Translations under genes and position numbers: made by a program
Notes under the pieces: model-generated
The model's database searches: none
What the model was told of the DNA's origin: nothing
The model's input: the letters and a program-made list of their open reading frames with translations, nothing else
DNA from: Selaginella moellendorffii
Lineage: Eukaryota; Plantae; Lycopodiophyta
DNA length: 64,000 nt
Reading direction: 5' to 3'
Assembly: GCF_000143415.4 (NCBI RefSeq)
Contig: NW_003314360.1
Span: 228,284 to 292,283 of the forward strand
Shown here: positions 1-11,544 of the stretch, piece after piece
How the letters are laid out: each line of letters begins with the position of its first letter
Numbering within the stretch: position 1 is the stretch's first letter

Positions 1-1640
1 TGTGAAAACTTAGCATATCTAACTTGAACACTTTGGTGCAAGGGGGCACCAAGGACAAGGTGAATGAGATGGGGACACTCAGTCTCAATTGCTATGGACC
101 CTTGGCCGGAAGGGCTGGCTTGGGCGCACTGCCAAGCGTGGGGGATGCCCCCGAGGTCATAGTCAACAACTTAAAGGTCTAGGAGACTTAGTACCTATCG
201 GCAAACCTATTAAGGTGCCGAGGTTAGATCACTAGGTGATCTTATGGATAAAACAAGGATAAAGTCCTTGTGAGGTTAAGGGATAAAGTTCCAAGTTTAA
301 AGTGTTGATTGGAACTATTGATGATGGTGTGGCTTGGTCAAGGTGACCAAGTGGGAAGGACACCTAAGGGAAATGAAATATGTCAATGCAATGACATAGT
401 GAGTTCGAGGAAAGTAGTCTCTATAAAAGACCCATGGGAGGGTCACAAAGTTAAACCATGGATAGACCCCATAGCAGAAGATGCTAAAGAAACGTACTAG
501 GGGTGAACACCCTCCGGACTTGGCAAAGGAGAGTCTTTGCTATGAAACCGAAAAGATACCTCGAAAATGGAGGTAGCAATCCTATGTTGCTGGGTGCAAA
601 AATCAAAGATAGGAGCAAAAGACTAATGGCTAAGTAAAGAGCCATGGGAATCATGGGAAAGAATCCAAATGGCAAAGTTAGGCCAAGAACACTAAAGTGT
701 TGGGTGCTAACGGATTGTGGGAAAGGCAATGTGTTCCCAAGGATGGATTCCCAATTGTTTCAATGTGGTGAAAGTGGAAGCTCCAAGGGTGGGAGCAGTA
801 AGGTAGCCAAATGATAGGGACGTGGACAGCCCTAGCACAATTATGATAACCGGAACTTAGTGCCAAATGTGGCACGAAATCGAAGAGAGGATGATATTGC
901 CCTCGAGTAAAGAACTTATTAGGATGAGGAAGTGGAGTTGCACAATATGTGCAATGTAAGGTGTCGGAAACACCTAGGAAATTGACTTCAAGAAGTCAAG
1001 ACCAAAAGTTCCAAAGTGCAATGGCTAGCAGTAGAGATTACTCGAGAATGAGTAGTAGGATTGAGATAGAGAAGGTGTCTTTAACAAGTTTAGTGAGAAC
1101 TAAACCAATAAAAAGAGGAGACCACCACAAGTGGTCGAATGAGTCTTTAAGTTGGAAAGACTATGCCCCTTAGAGGATGGGCAAGGCATGGTGAGCCTTT
1201 AGCATCAAACCATTGATGAATCTTGGTGAGAGGCTAAGGATGGAAAGGGTAATACAAGTTGGTGTTACTTCATAAAATAGTTTATCGTTCGATGAGGACA
1301 TCGAACTTCGTCTATGGGTGGTGGAGTTGTAAGACACAAAATCCCTAGGCCCCAAAGTGGAGCCAAAAGGGCGCCACGTAGTAGTGGCCGAAGCGAAAGC
1401 CAAACGAGTGTAACACGTTTGGACTAAAAGCTCCAACTTGAAAAAGTCAAGAGTGGGAATGGAACTCCCAACGAAGTGCTCGAGGAACAAGCACGAAGTG
1501 AAAGATAAGTGAGTCTCTAGAAAAGGGACACAAGAGGACCCGAGATGGAGTCCGAGATGGACCCGAGATGGAGTCCGAGATGGACCCAAGATGGAGTCTG
1601 AGATGGACCCAAGATGGAGTCCGAATTCAAGTACGAATAG
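1..1640 (+). mobile_element. Truncated LTR retrotransposon: 3' internal region, PPT and partial 3' LTR starting at 1328; same family as 39578-46870
   Basis: Mostly matches the reverse complement of ~40700-42320. A purine-rich tract precedes TGTAAGACAC at 1328, and the GAGATGGAGTCC/GAGATGGACCC tandem units match that family's LTR. Confidence 0.85.
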
Positions 1641-1989
1641 TGATGACTTTCCTTTCGGCCATTTCTATGTAAACCTTGCAGAATGCATCCCTGGACAATC
1701 TATCGTGCATGAGAAAAGCGTACATGGAATATGAGGAGATTAAGGATGCTAGCCAGTTTCTTAGAAGGATGCCTGAAATGATTCCAGTATAATGCGAGCC
1801 ATGATTTCATTGATGTAGTTACAGTACTCTCAATACCGTACTATTACAAACAACTTATAGAATTTGTTGGCGTGGATGAAAATTTCCATAAAAGTATGGT
1901 GATCCTGCAGCAATTTCAACTGGAAGATGTACAAATAAAATAAAATTTCTTTGCTACTTGTGCTCTTTGAGTTTACACCGAAAACACCA

Positions 1990-2305
1990 ATGGCCCTTGC
2001 AGGATTTGTGTACAGTTTAACTTGCTTGATTGTCTTATTGTCGTCTCCGGGTGTTGCTATTGATCCGTTTGAGACGGTGATTCCCGACTGGGTCGATTCA
2101 TTTCATTTCCCGCGACCTTCACTTCAGGTAGCTTACGGATCGCAGAACGTGAGCATAGAAAGGCAGTTTTCGCCGGCTGAAGTTCTTCTACAGCCCAAGG
2201 TGAGCATCCGGCAGGACTCTCTTCGGTGTCCGTGTGTTCACAGAGAATTATGATTTGGGTTATCCTGTAGATGGAGTCTTCTTCACCTCCACTCTGATTG
2301 TATAA
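1990..2305 (+). pseudogene. PEBP (FT/TFL1/MFT-family) pseudogene with an internal deletion
   Basis: Near-identical to 28875-29559, but at ~2208-2211 it jumps from QPKVSI to the last-exon RTLF sequence. About 370 bp is lost, including the DPDxP and GxH motifs, with a frameshift. Confidence 0.9.
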
Positions 2306-2579
2306 CTGATGAACTCGTATGAATAAATTGAGTAGACATGATCCCAATATCCTCTCCTCCATTGCAAGCATATATGACTTTCCATCCTCCACCTTGAGTG
2401 GTAAGATCGTCACTTAAACTTAACTATATCAAGAATGTGGATGGAAATTATCAACTCACGCTCGCTTCACCATAGCACCCATAGTTCTTATACAATTTAT
2501 AAAAAAAATCTTTTATTTATTAAATTTTTCAGCCATACACTAATAATATTATGAGAATATTCTGAAACACAATGGATAA

Positions 2580-3968
2580 CGAAATGGCTGGCAGGCCTCT
2601 GACTGAACGCTGGTCACTCCGTGCGAACTAGAAGACAATCTTTGTAGAAGCATTGAGATTCTACGTCCCCTCCATGGTATTCACAGGGGAAAGAACTTCT
2701 GTATGTGGGTTGATTGAATTCGTGCGACGAAGGTTGGGGACGTTACTTGGGTTGTCAAGTTTGATAAGTGGCAGCGAACGAGTACGTTAAGTTCTTCTTT
2801 CTGAGTCATATGCATTATTTTATTGCTGGTGCATTCCAGACGAAGAGCTGAATTATCGCTTGACAACTGCCATGTTTCAACTAAGGTGGTGTTCTTATCG
2901 CTTTGTTTTGGTGGAGTTATTCAGCTTTGCTTCTCTTACAGGATGACATGCCTTATGCGAGTGTATTACGAATCCATGAAACGTGGCTTGATGGTTATGC
3001 GGGAAGACCTTTGGTCCTAATGTAGGAGGCACAGCCAACGATAGGTGAAAAATAAGCAGGGACGAGTCATCGTCCAGGTAACCGTGTAAAAGTTATCAGC
3101 TCTGGAATCTAATTTTGTGGATGCTGTTGTGTGTGCAGTGGCATTCCAGGTTTACTGAGATTGATATATGGTGAAGAAACACGAGACAGATGCTCACTCA
3201 GGCCAGTGGTGCGACGATCCATGGTCGAGGTCGACTTACAACGCGTTGAAAAGGAGCCAGTTCTACACTTAATGGAATGGAATGTGGATCCAAGCGCACA
3301 CGCGTGTATATTCCACCTATGATCGACAAGTCTTTAATAATCCATTTGCGACAAGACAAGGGTATGTTCACGCATTTATACTCATTCATTCATGGTGTAG
3401 AACAGGGTGACATCAGATCAAAAGCGAGAACCAGACACACTCAGGTCGGAACGACAGGGATGAAAACTCATCAGTAGGAATGGAGAGGTTTGTATTCTGG
3501 ATTTAAATCGCGTCTCTCAACAAGCTTTCGAAAATGGAAGGAGAAGCTTTCATTCCAAAGGTTCAAGCTTTTGTTTACAGAAGTATCACGGCTGCTTTCG
3601 TCTGTTTCAGTAAAACCAGAGAAGAGAAACACTGCTACTAACTTTGACGCATAAGTTCTTTGAGGACTTTTTTAGTTGCAAAAAGAAGTACACACGCACA
3701 GCTGGAGGTAACGTTTTCTCGTGTTTCTTTCCAGTGTAAAACTCCGGGTCCTGTTCTTTCCTCCAGCTCCAAATCGAAGCACAAGCCAAGAACATGTTTA
3801 AGTTCCAGCAAAAGATTGAGGTGAACCAACAGTGCAAGAAGGAGCCCTGCAGTCGACAGTAACCGAGGCTGCAGCTAGTGTCACGTCAGACGCCAAGTGC
3901 CTTGAACCGGCCTCCAAGAAATCCAAGATTTCGGAGGAGCAAAGGCAAAATTCTATCGATGATGGGAG
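2580..3968 (+). pseudogene. Unidentified degraded multi-exon gene remnants
   Basis: Short GT..AG intron-like spacers (e.g. ~3561-3610, ~3708-3734) separate exon-like segments containing stops; no recognisable family motif. Confidence 0.3.
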
Positions 3969-4089
3969 GTATTAGTTGTTTCTTGTCAATGGCATTGCCT
4001 CTAGAAAAGGAAAGCACTCACCATGCCTCTGATAATAACTGTCATCTATTCATTTAATTTTCAGCTAGAACTTTCAGAGATCATGGACC

Positions 4090-4887
4090 TTATCGTTTCT
4101 TCTTGCTGCGCTCTTTGGAAGGTTTGGTTGCCTCCTCTTTGGCGTTGTGGTCGGCTTCAAGTCTCGCAAGCTGCAAATCAAACAATACTGTTGTGAGGAT
4201 TCCTTCTTGAGACACCACTTTACCTTGTCAAGGACGGGTTTAAGTTCTCTGTAGCATGTCTTTGCCAATTCAAATCCATCCTTCCTGAGCTCCTGATAGA
4301 TGCAAAGAGCATGAAGGATGAGCAAAAGAAAACCCGCGTCATCACCTTTCCAGTGTGTTGGATGTGATCGTAAGGTGCCAATACATGATCGTCCAAGAGA
4401 AAAAATCTCTCAGCGCTTCTCCAGGCTGAAAGACAAATCAATCACAAAACGGGAAGATGAACTACTATCATCACTCACCAAAGGTGTTTGTTGAGAATCA
4501 GCCAGGCCCAGCTCGACCTGTATTTGATCGATCTTTGATCATTTGATCGTCAGCCTCTTGCTAAGTTTTGTTGCATCCTAGAATACAAAAGGAAACATAC
4601 AAGTTTTCTTACATCCTTCTTTTTTACTACCTTGCCATCATCCTCTTTGTCTGTTCCTTTACTAATCAATCTAGCATCACTGTTGTCATTATTAGTTTCA
4701 CCATACTCCTCACTAACTTTAATTCACTCATTTTGTGTTTCCTGCTTGAAACATTAGTATGAGGCTAGATAATAGCTTGATCATAAAAACACTAACTTCA
4801 AGTTTATTTAGGTCCAGTGAGACCCTAAACCCTAAACTCACTTCTCTTTTGCCAACTTCTTTCATACATCCATACAGAAACAAAGTA
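4090..4887 (-). pseudogene. KLHDC4/Kel3-like kelch-repeat (DUF4110) gene, 3' fragment, copy 1
   Basis: Encodes HTGK/ELRKDGFELAKTCYRELKPVLDK and TLFLYGCMKEVG; duplicate of 16141-16953; frameshifted. Confidence 0.75.
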
Positions 4888-6099
4888 GATATTTGCATGA
4901 AGGTTTTGTTAAAGGATGCTTTTACAGATTTGAAGGGTGACAAATTTGCGTCATTTGAGTTACGAGTTCCTAGTGAAAAAAGGACGTGTAGTAGTTCTTC
5001 ATGTCAACAAACTCATCAAACAAATTTTGGTTGAGCGTCATGATGTCCCAAGTGCTGGGCATCCAGGGGTATTAAGAACATATATATTGGTGAAGAGGTG
5101 TTTATTTTGTCTTGGGATGAAGTCAAATGTTGAAAAATATGTATATGGTTGTTTAACCTACAAGGCAGTCAAAGTTGATTCTCATAAGCTTACTAACCTC
5201 TATCATCCTTTACGTGTACCTGAAAATAAATGGGATAGCATCTCGATGGACTTTATCATTGGTTTTCCCAAGACCTTTCGAGGACATGATGCTATTTGGG
5301 GTGTTGTGGATCATTTGACAAACATGACTCACTTCTTCCATGTGAAGACGACGATAAAAACTTCTAAACTTGCTCAGTTATTTGTAGACTAATTATTTAA
5401 TCTCTATGGTTTGCCGGTGACATTGTGAGTGATCAAAATCCCAAGTTAACGTCCAAGTTTTGGCAAACAATCTTTGAGAAGCTAAAGACTAAGTTGAGCA
5501 TGAGTAATGGTAAACATCCACAATCAGATGGGTAAATAGAGCACATGAATTAGCTATTAAAAGATATGCTAAGGTCTTTTATGGGAAACTTGACTTGAAA
5601 GGGAGTATGGGAAAAGTATTTGCCTTTGCTTTAGTTTACTCACAATAGAGCTCATCAATTGGCTATTGGCATGTGTAGAACTGAGGGAATATTCCATTTG
5701 CCACCACGTCAGTATTAGGGCCACGACCATTGGGGACACTTAAGGGGGAAAAAACAGGGGATCAAATGTATATGTGTGGAAGTGAAGAAGAGAATAAAGG
5801 AAAAAGGATGCCTCGACGAAGAGGTCCTCGGCGAAGCGCCCTCGATCGTGTGAACGAGCGACTTCGGATACCACGAGAAGCAAGAGAACGACTAGCCACT
5901 ATGAGCATACCCTGTCCTCACTGTGGGCAGCGGTTCTATTTTAGAGCAAACTCCTAGATATTCCCTGGGGTGTCTTCACTGGTGCACTGCCCAAACCCAT
6001 TCTTCAATAAACCTACAGAGTTCGAGCGAGGAGAGCCGAACCAAGTAGCGTCATTGAACAATTGGGACTAGACAGCAGCACGATCGTTTAGTTAAAATC

Positions 6100-7755
6100 T
6101 TGCTGGATTCCGAGCGGGAGGAGCAAATCCGACGCCAGCAGGACGAGCGGGCAGCCCGCTACGCACGACGTCAGGCGCTTTCTACGCCACTTTCGTCTCC
6201 TCGCATAAGACCCTCGTCACCAAGCGAGGAGCCTTCTTCCCCACCAGATCTTGACGAGGAAGTTTGGGGCGAGTACCAATCGTCCCCACCACCAGCCCCT
6301 CCTCCACCCATCTCAGTTTCTACTCCTCCAAGAATGAGTGGCGCTGGCGGATCCGGAGGTGCACCACCACCGCCGCCGCCGCCAATTCCTCCTCTGCCAG
6401 GACGGCATTTTACACGCATGAGGTATCCTTCTTTCTCGCCCATCGCGGGCAATGATGCGGGCAATGATGCGGACGCACATCTCAATTCCTTTGAGACTGT
6501 TGGCATCGCCAAACAAGAAGCCGATGAAGCCGATCGCCTTCGGTTCTTCCCTGCTACACTCCAAGACGCTGCTCTGGAGTGGTATCTCCAAGCCCAGCGT
6601 TCTGCACCAGCCAGTATTGCGACCTGGGACCTGCTTCGATCAGCCTTTCTCGCTGCTTTCCGACCCGTGGGATTCGCACAGCGAGTTAGTGAGGAACTTA
6701 ACTACATTCGATTGCTACCAAACGAAAGCTTACAAAGTTTTATCATCCGGTTTCGGCGACTAGTCGCTAAAAAAGACCCTCCTCCCAGCGAGGACGATCA
6801 GGTTCGCTTCTTCACGAACGGCCTACCTCCTGAATTGGCTTTCTTCACGAAGGGCCAGACCCCCACAACACTTGCTGAGGCTATTTCCACGGCTTCCAGT
6901 TGGGAGCAAGCACGCGTGAGCATGGCTCGCTTCCAGCAGCCTTTCTACTCTGTTCCTTCAGTGCTTGGCGGTCCACCAGTGATCCCGCCAACCTTTCCTT
7001 CCCTGCAAACATCAGCAGCATCACAGCCATATTCTTCGCTTACTGACCCAGCAACCTTACCTTTTCCTGGAACCGTCGATTACAGCCGCCTCCAGCAGCA
7101 TGTACTTCCTGCTGCGGCTCCTTCCTCTTCAGCTCTGCCACAGTCGCAAGAAATTTCCAAAGTCCGTGATGACTTGGAAACACTCACCAAGAAAATGTCC
7201 GAGCTTCAGCTTAACTGGATTCGAGGAGTCCAGACACCTCCTCAGCCTGTTACTGAACGTGAGAATATCTGGTGTACTCGTTGCAACGGATATGGACATT
7301 ATCCCAGCGACTGCCCAAGTCCTGCACCAGCTCGAGTCAAGTGCCAGCACTGCGGAAGAAATAATCACAGATCAGAGCACTGCATATATAAACCCGGTAC
7401 CTCAGCTCAGCCAGCTCCTCGCATGCCTGCACGTCCCAGCTACCACGTCCAGCCCCAGCTTCTTCAAGATCCATCGCCACCTCTGGTTCTACAAGGTTAC
7501 ACACCCGATCTAGTACCCGTTTATGCAGCAGCTCCAGCACGAACGAGTAATGTACCTGGAAGGGGTCGAGCTCGACGTATTATCTGCTTTCGTTGCAGAC
7601 AGCCCGGCCATATCGCTCCCGAGTGTCCGAATGCACGAGCACCAGTTGAGTACCAACCCATCTGCGGCATCTGTAACACGCAAGGTCTTCATGCCCAAGA
7701 CGACTGCCCTCACCGTCTTCGTCGCGATCAAGGCGGACAAGGCAATCCTCCATGA
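6100..7755 (+). CDS. gag: Gag with four CCHC-type zinc knuckles (first ATG at 6334)
   Basis: Retrotrans_gag-like LQDAALEWY...TWDLLRSAFL...FTNGLPP; knuckles CTRCNGYGHYPSDC, CQHCGRNNHRSEHC, CFRCRQPGHIAPEC and CGICNTQGLHAQDDC. Confidence 0.9.
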   Translation: MLDSEREEQIRRQQDERAARYARRQALSTPLSSPRIRPSSPSEEPSSPPDLDEEVWGEYQSSPPPAPPPPISVSTPPRMSGAGGSGGAPPPPPPPIPPLPGRHFTRMRYPSFSPIAGNDAGNDADAHLNSFETVGIAKQEADEADRLRFFPATLQDAALEWYLQAQRSAPASIATWDLLRSAFLAAFRPVGFAQRVSEELNYIRLLPNESLQSFIIRFRRLVAKKDPPPSEDDQVRFFTNGLPPELAFFTKGQTPTTLAEAISTASSWEQARVSMARFQQPFYSVPSVLGGPPVIPPTFPSLQTSAASQPYSSLTDPATLPFPGTVDYSRLQQHVLPAAAPSSSALPQSQEISKVRDDLETLTKKMSELQLNWIRGVQTPPQPVTERENIWCTRCNGYGHYPSDCPSPAPARVKCQHCGRNNHRSEHCIYKPGTSAQPAPRMPARPSYHVQPQLLQDPSPPLVLQGYTPDLVPVYAAAPARTSNVPGRGRARRIICFRCRQPGHIAPECPNARAPVEYQPICGICNTQGLHAQDDCPHRLRRDQGGQGNPP

Positions 7756-10700
7756 CGTTCCACTGCTCCAAGAAATGACCCAGTGATCGACACCCAAGTC
7801 GTCCAGCCCTGCTATGGCACGATTCCTGCCCTCGCCGTGGCCCATGCGGCTCAAACTGCACACGCAATGGCACCCAGTTCCTCCCTACGGCTACTCAAAC
7901 GCCAAGCACGGCGTCTACCTGCAACACCACAGCCCACCCATGCCGCTCCTGCCTTTCCTCCAAGCGCGTACCCTGATCCGGCAGTTGCTCCAAGACCCGC
8001 AATCCAGTTTGAAGCGCTTCCCTTTCCGCCATCGCAGGACCCTAATTCTGGAACTGCCACTTCATTCAATCACGCTTCACTCAGCGATCAAGAAGTTATC
8101 GCCGACAAGAAAAAGAGATATCGCCGTCTGGAGACACGTCCGTACGATATTTTGGGGGATCTGGAGCATCCAGCTCCTGTTCCTGTTCACTTTCACCTGC
8201 GCATGGCGGATCAACGCCGCGTTCAGCCGCTTGGCATCATCACGGGTGTCAAGACGGTCATTGCGGGAATTATTTTCTTTGTCGATTATGTCGTTCTCAG
8301 GATGAACGATGGCAATCTGACTTATCCACTCCTTCTTGGGCGACCCTGGCTTCTCCAAGCTCGCGCACGCCATGACTGGGCCACTGGCTTCTTGGAGATA
8401 GGTGATGGCAATTTTTCCCGCAAAATCCAGGTTCACTTTCAGCAGCGCCCTGAAGCTAGTTTCGAGGTTGAATCAAACGACTCGGATTCCTCCAACGACG
8501 AAGATGATCCAGATGAGGATGCTCCTGCTCTTTCTACTGAACCTTCGCTTACATCCCAGACTACAGCTGAGGTTCAAGCTTGGCTTTTCTGCGGCTCAGT
8601 GACAGTGGAGCCGTCCCTACCTTTGCACCAGGTTCTCGTTGCTGATCACAATGCTCCAGAACCTGCATCCCCGTTCGAGCCTCCTGCAACGACTTCCGTC
8701 AACGTTGGTACCTCCAGCGAACCTCGTGAACTCCAAGTCGGCGCCGACTTATCTCCCTTGGACCTCCAGCAGTACCAGAAGCTCTTCCATGCATACAAGG
8801 ATATCTTTGCATGGTCTTATGCGGATTTACGTGGCATCAATCCTGAGCTCGGGCAACACCGCATCGAACTCCAGCCGGACGCGCAGCCGCGACGACAGAG
8901 AATGTACCGCATGAATCCAAACTACGCTCAAGCTGTTCGTGAGGATCTGGATAAGATGCTTGCTGCGGGTTTCATCTACCCTGTCGACGCGACGGATTGG
9001 CTCTCTCCCATCGTCGTCGTTCCAAAAAAGAATGGGAAGCTGCGTGTATGTGTCGACTACCGCAAGCTTAACGCTGTGACACGCAAGGACGGGTTTCCCC
9101 TTCCCTTCACGGATGTGGTGCTCGACAACGTAGCTGGACACACGACTTACTCGTTCCTTGATGGCTTTAGTGGCTATCACCAGGTTCTTATCCATCCTGA
9201 TGATCAACATCTCACCTCGTTTATCACTCCGTGGGGATGTTTTTGCTACAGGGTGATGCCATTCGGACTCACGAATAGTCCCGCGACTTTTCAACGAGTC
9301 ATGCAAGCAGCCTTTCAACGGCTCCTTGGAGATTTTCTGGAAGTTTTTCTTGATGATTTCAGCGTTTATAGCGACGCTATATCTCATTGCATAAAACTCG
9401 AAAAATGTTTTGAACGTTGCCGTTTCTATGGCATTTCTCTAAATCCCTCCAAGTGTTCGTTTGGCGTTCCCCGTGGCATTCTTCTCGGTCGAGTGGTCTC
9501 CCGGGAAGGATTAGCTGTGGATCCAGCTAAGGTGGCTATCGTGAAGAACCTGGAACCACCGCGCGTTAAAAAAGATCTTCAAGCTTTCTTGGGCCATGTC
9601 GGCTACCATCGCCGCTTTATCTACGATTTCGCCACTAAAGCTTTGCCTCTGACGAAACTCTTGAAGGCCGGCGTGCCTTATGAGTGGACACCAGCGTGTC
9701 AGGACGCATTTGAGCTTCTCCGGGGAGCTCTGATCACTGCTCCGATTTTAGCCGTTCCTGACTGGACAGTTATTTTCCACGTCCACGTGGATGCTTCTGC
9801 CTTTGCTGTCGGCGCTGTTCTTTGCCAGCCGCGAGAGGGCATCGATCACCCTATTTTCTACGCAAGCCGCCAACTCTCCTCTGCCGAGCGCAACTACTCC
9901 GCCACTGAACGGGAAGGCTTAGGCATGATCTTTGCTATTCAGAAGTATCGCCACTACCTGTTGGGCACACACTTCAAATTTTTCGTGGATCACCAAGCCC
10001 TCAAGTACCTCGTCAACAAGCCTTGCCGCACAGGTCGCATATCTCGCTGGCTCATCATCCTCCAGGAATTTGACTTTGAGGTGATCCTGAAACCCGGCCG
10101 CGCTCATGCCATGGCCGATCACCTTTCACGATTGCCAGGCCCTCCCTCCTCCCAGGACCTTGAGGATGACCCAGCTGATGCAACTCTGTTTTCTTGCGAC
10201 ACCACGGATCTCTTTGCGGTCGACGCTGTTCCCGAATGGTATCAAGGGATTGCAGATTATCTGGCTACCGGCGAGTTCCCTGCTGACTTTACGGTCACCG
10301 CACGCAAGCGACTTATTATCCAGGCTCGTCCATACTCTCTCCTGCATGGCCAGCTCTACATCCTTGGCCGTGACGATGTTCTACGCCGTTGTATCCTTCC
10401 TCATGAGGTGGAGACAGTCATAGCATCATGCCATGACTCACCTTATGGCGGCCACTTCTCCTCACAAAGAACAATTCGGTTGGTTCTCCAAGCAGGCTAC
10501 TGGTGGCCAACGCTTCACAAGGATGTTGCTGCCTACGTTCGGACCTGCGATCCCTGCCAGCGTACTGGTCGCCCAACTCGTCGTGATCTGATGCCGCTTA
10601 ATCCTCTACTTCCGGTGCTTCCTTTTGAGAAGTGGGGCATCGATTTTGTGGGACCGATCAAGCCAGCCAGCCATCCTTCCCGTTGCCGCTACATTCTCGT

Positions 10701-11544
10701 GTGCACGGACTATGTCACGAAGTGGGCCGAGGCAGAAGCTCTCACGGAAGACACAGCTGCCAAGGTTGCGACTTTTCTTTACAAGAACATCATCACGAGA
10801 TTTGGCTGCCCTTTGGAGCTGGTGAGCGATAGAGGTACTCCCTTTATCAATCAAGTGATCGCGACCTTGGTGGAGAAGTATGGCATCGCTCATCGTAAGT
10901 CCACTCCCTATCACCCTCGTGCTAACGGACAGGTGGAGCGCACCAATAAGATACTGTGCGACATTATCACGAAGCTTGCCAGTGCTTCTCGCACAGATTG
11001 GGATCAACGCTTGTTGGATGCTCTCTGGGCATACCGCGTTGCTTACAAGGTCACCACCAAAGCTTCACCGTTCCAGCTTGTTTATGGACAAGAAGCCATC
11101 CTACCACTCGAGCTTGAGATTCCATCTCTCCGTATGGCTGTCGAGCACAACTTGGACTGGGACAACACTCTTCAAGCTCGACTGGACACACTTCTCCAAC
11201 TCGACGAGCGTCGACTTCTCGCTTTCCAAGCTCGCGAAGCACTTCAGAAGCGCCGCAAAGTCTGGTACGATCGTCATTTGCGTGCTAAAAATTTTTCTGC
11301 TGGTGATCAGGTTCTCCTTTACGATAGCAAGCACTGGAAAAAGCCTGGGAAACTCCGTATTCGCTGGCTTGGCCCATATCGCATTGTTGAAGTTTTTACC
11401 AATGGCTCAGTCCAGCTTGAAGATCTTAGTGGGAACTTGTTACCTACTCGTGTTAATGGAGCTCGCCTGCGCAAGTACCATGAGCGAGATGAAGCTGCCG
11501 TGGAGCTGTGTGCTCCGGGACGGAGCCCAATAGGTGGGGGGTGA
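7756..11544 (+). CDS. pol: Pol (partial protease, RT, RNase H, integrase), in frame with gag after one TGA
   Basis: LLLGRPWL (protease C-terminus); LRVCVDYRKLN, MPFGL and FLDDF (RT); VDASAFAVGAVL (RNase H); H..H..CDPC, IDFVG, SDRG, NGQVERTN and GPY (integrase). Confidence 0.93.
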   Translation, partial: RSTAPRNDPVIDTQVVQPCYGTIPALAVAHAAQTAHAMAPSSSLRLLKRQARRLPATPQPTHAAPAFPPSAYPDPAVAPRPAIQFEALPFPPSQDPNSGTATSFNHASLSDQEVIADKKKRYRRLETRPYDILGDLEHPAPVPVHFHLRMADQRRVQPLGIITGVKTVIAGIIFFVDYVVLRMNDGNLTYPLLLGRPWLLQARARHDWATGFLEIGDGNFSRKIQVHFQQRPEASFEVESNDSDSSNDEDDPDEDAPALSTEPSLTSQTTAEVQAWLFCGSVTVEPSLPLHQVLVADHNAPEPASPFEPPATTSVNVGTSSEPRELQVGADLSPLDLQQYQKLFHAYKDIFAWSYADLRGINPELGQHRIELQPDAQPRRQRMYRMNPNYAQAVREDLDKMLAAGFIYPVDATDWLSPIVVVPKKNGKLRVCVDYRKLNAVTRKDGFPLPFTDVVLDNVAGHTTYSFLDGFSGYHQVLIHPDDQHLTSFITPWGCFCYRVMPFGLTNSPATFQRVMQAAFQRLLGDFLEVFLDDFSVYSDAISHCIKLEKCFERCRFYGISLNPSKCSFGVPRGILLGRVVSREGLAVDPAKVAIVKNLEPPRVKKDLQAFLGHVGYHRRFIYDFATKALPLTKLLKAGVPYEWTPACQDAFELLRGALITAPILAVPDWTVIFHVHVDASAFAVGAVLCQPREGIDHPIFYASRQLSSAERNYSATEREGLGMIFAIQKYRHYLLGTHFKFFVDHQALKYLVNKPCRTGRISRWLIILQEFDFEVILKPGRAHAMADHLSRLPGPPSSQDLEDDPADATLFSCDTTDLFAVDAVPEWYQGIADYLATGEFPADFTVTARKRLIIQARPYSLLHGQLYILGRDDVLRRCILPHEVETVIASCHDSPYGGHFSSQRTIRLVLQAGYWWPTLHKDVAAYVRTCDPCQRTGRPTRRDLMPLNPLLPVLPFEKWGIDFVGPIKPASHPSRCRYILVCTDYVTKWAEAEALTEDTAAKVATFLYKNIITRFGCPLELVSDRGTPFINQVIATLVEKYGIAHRKSTPYHPRANGQVERTNKILCDIITKLASASRTDWDQRLLDALWAYRVAYKVTTKASPFQLVYGQEAILPLELEIPSLRMAVEHNLDWDNTLQARLDTLLQLDERRLLAFQAREALQKRRKVWYDRHLRAKNFSAGDQVLLYDSKHWKKPGKLRIRWLGPYRIVEVFTNGSVQLEDLSGNLLPTRVNGARLRKYHERDEAAVELCAPGRSPIGGG

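Noticed and set aside
6171-11533. Many antisense and alternate-frame ORFs over gag-pol (likewise over the PPR, UGT and DUF632 genes)
   Set aside because: Shadow ORFs of GC-rich coding sequence.
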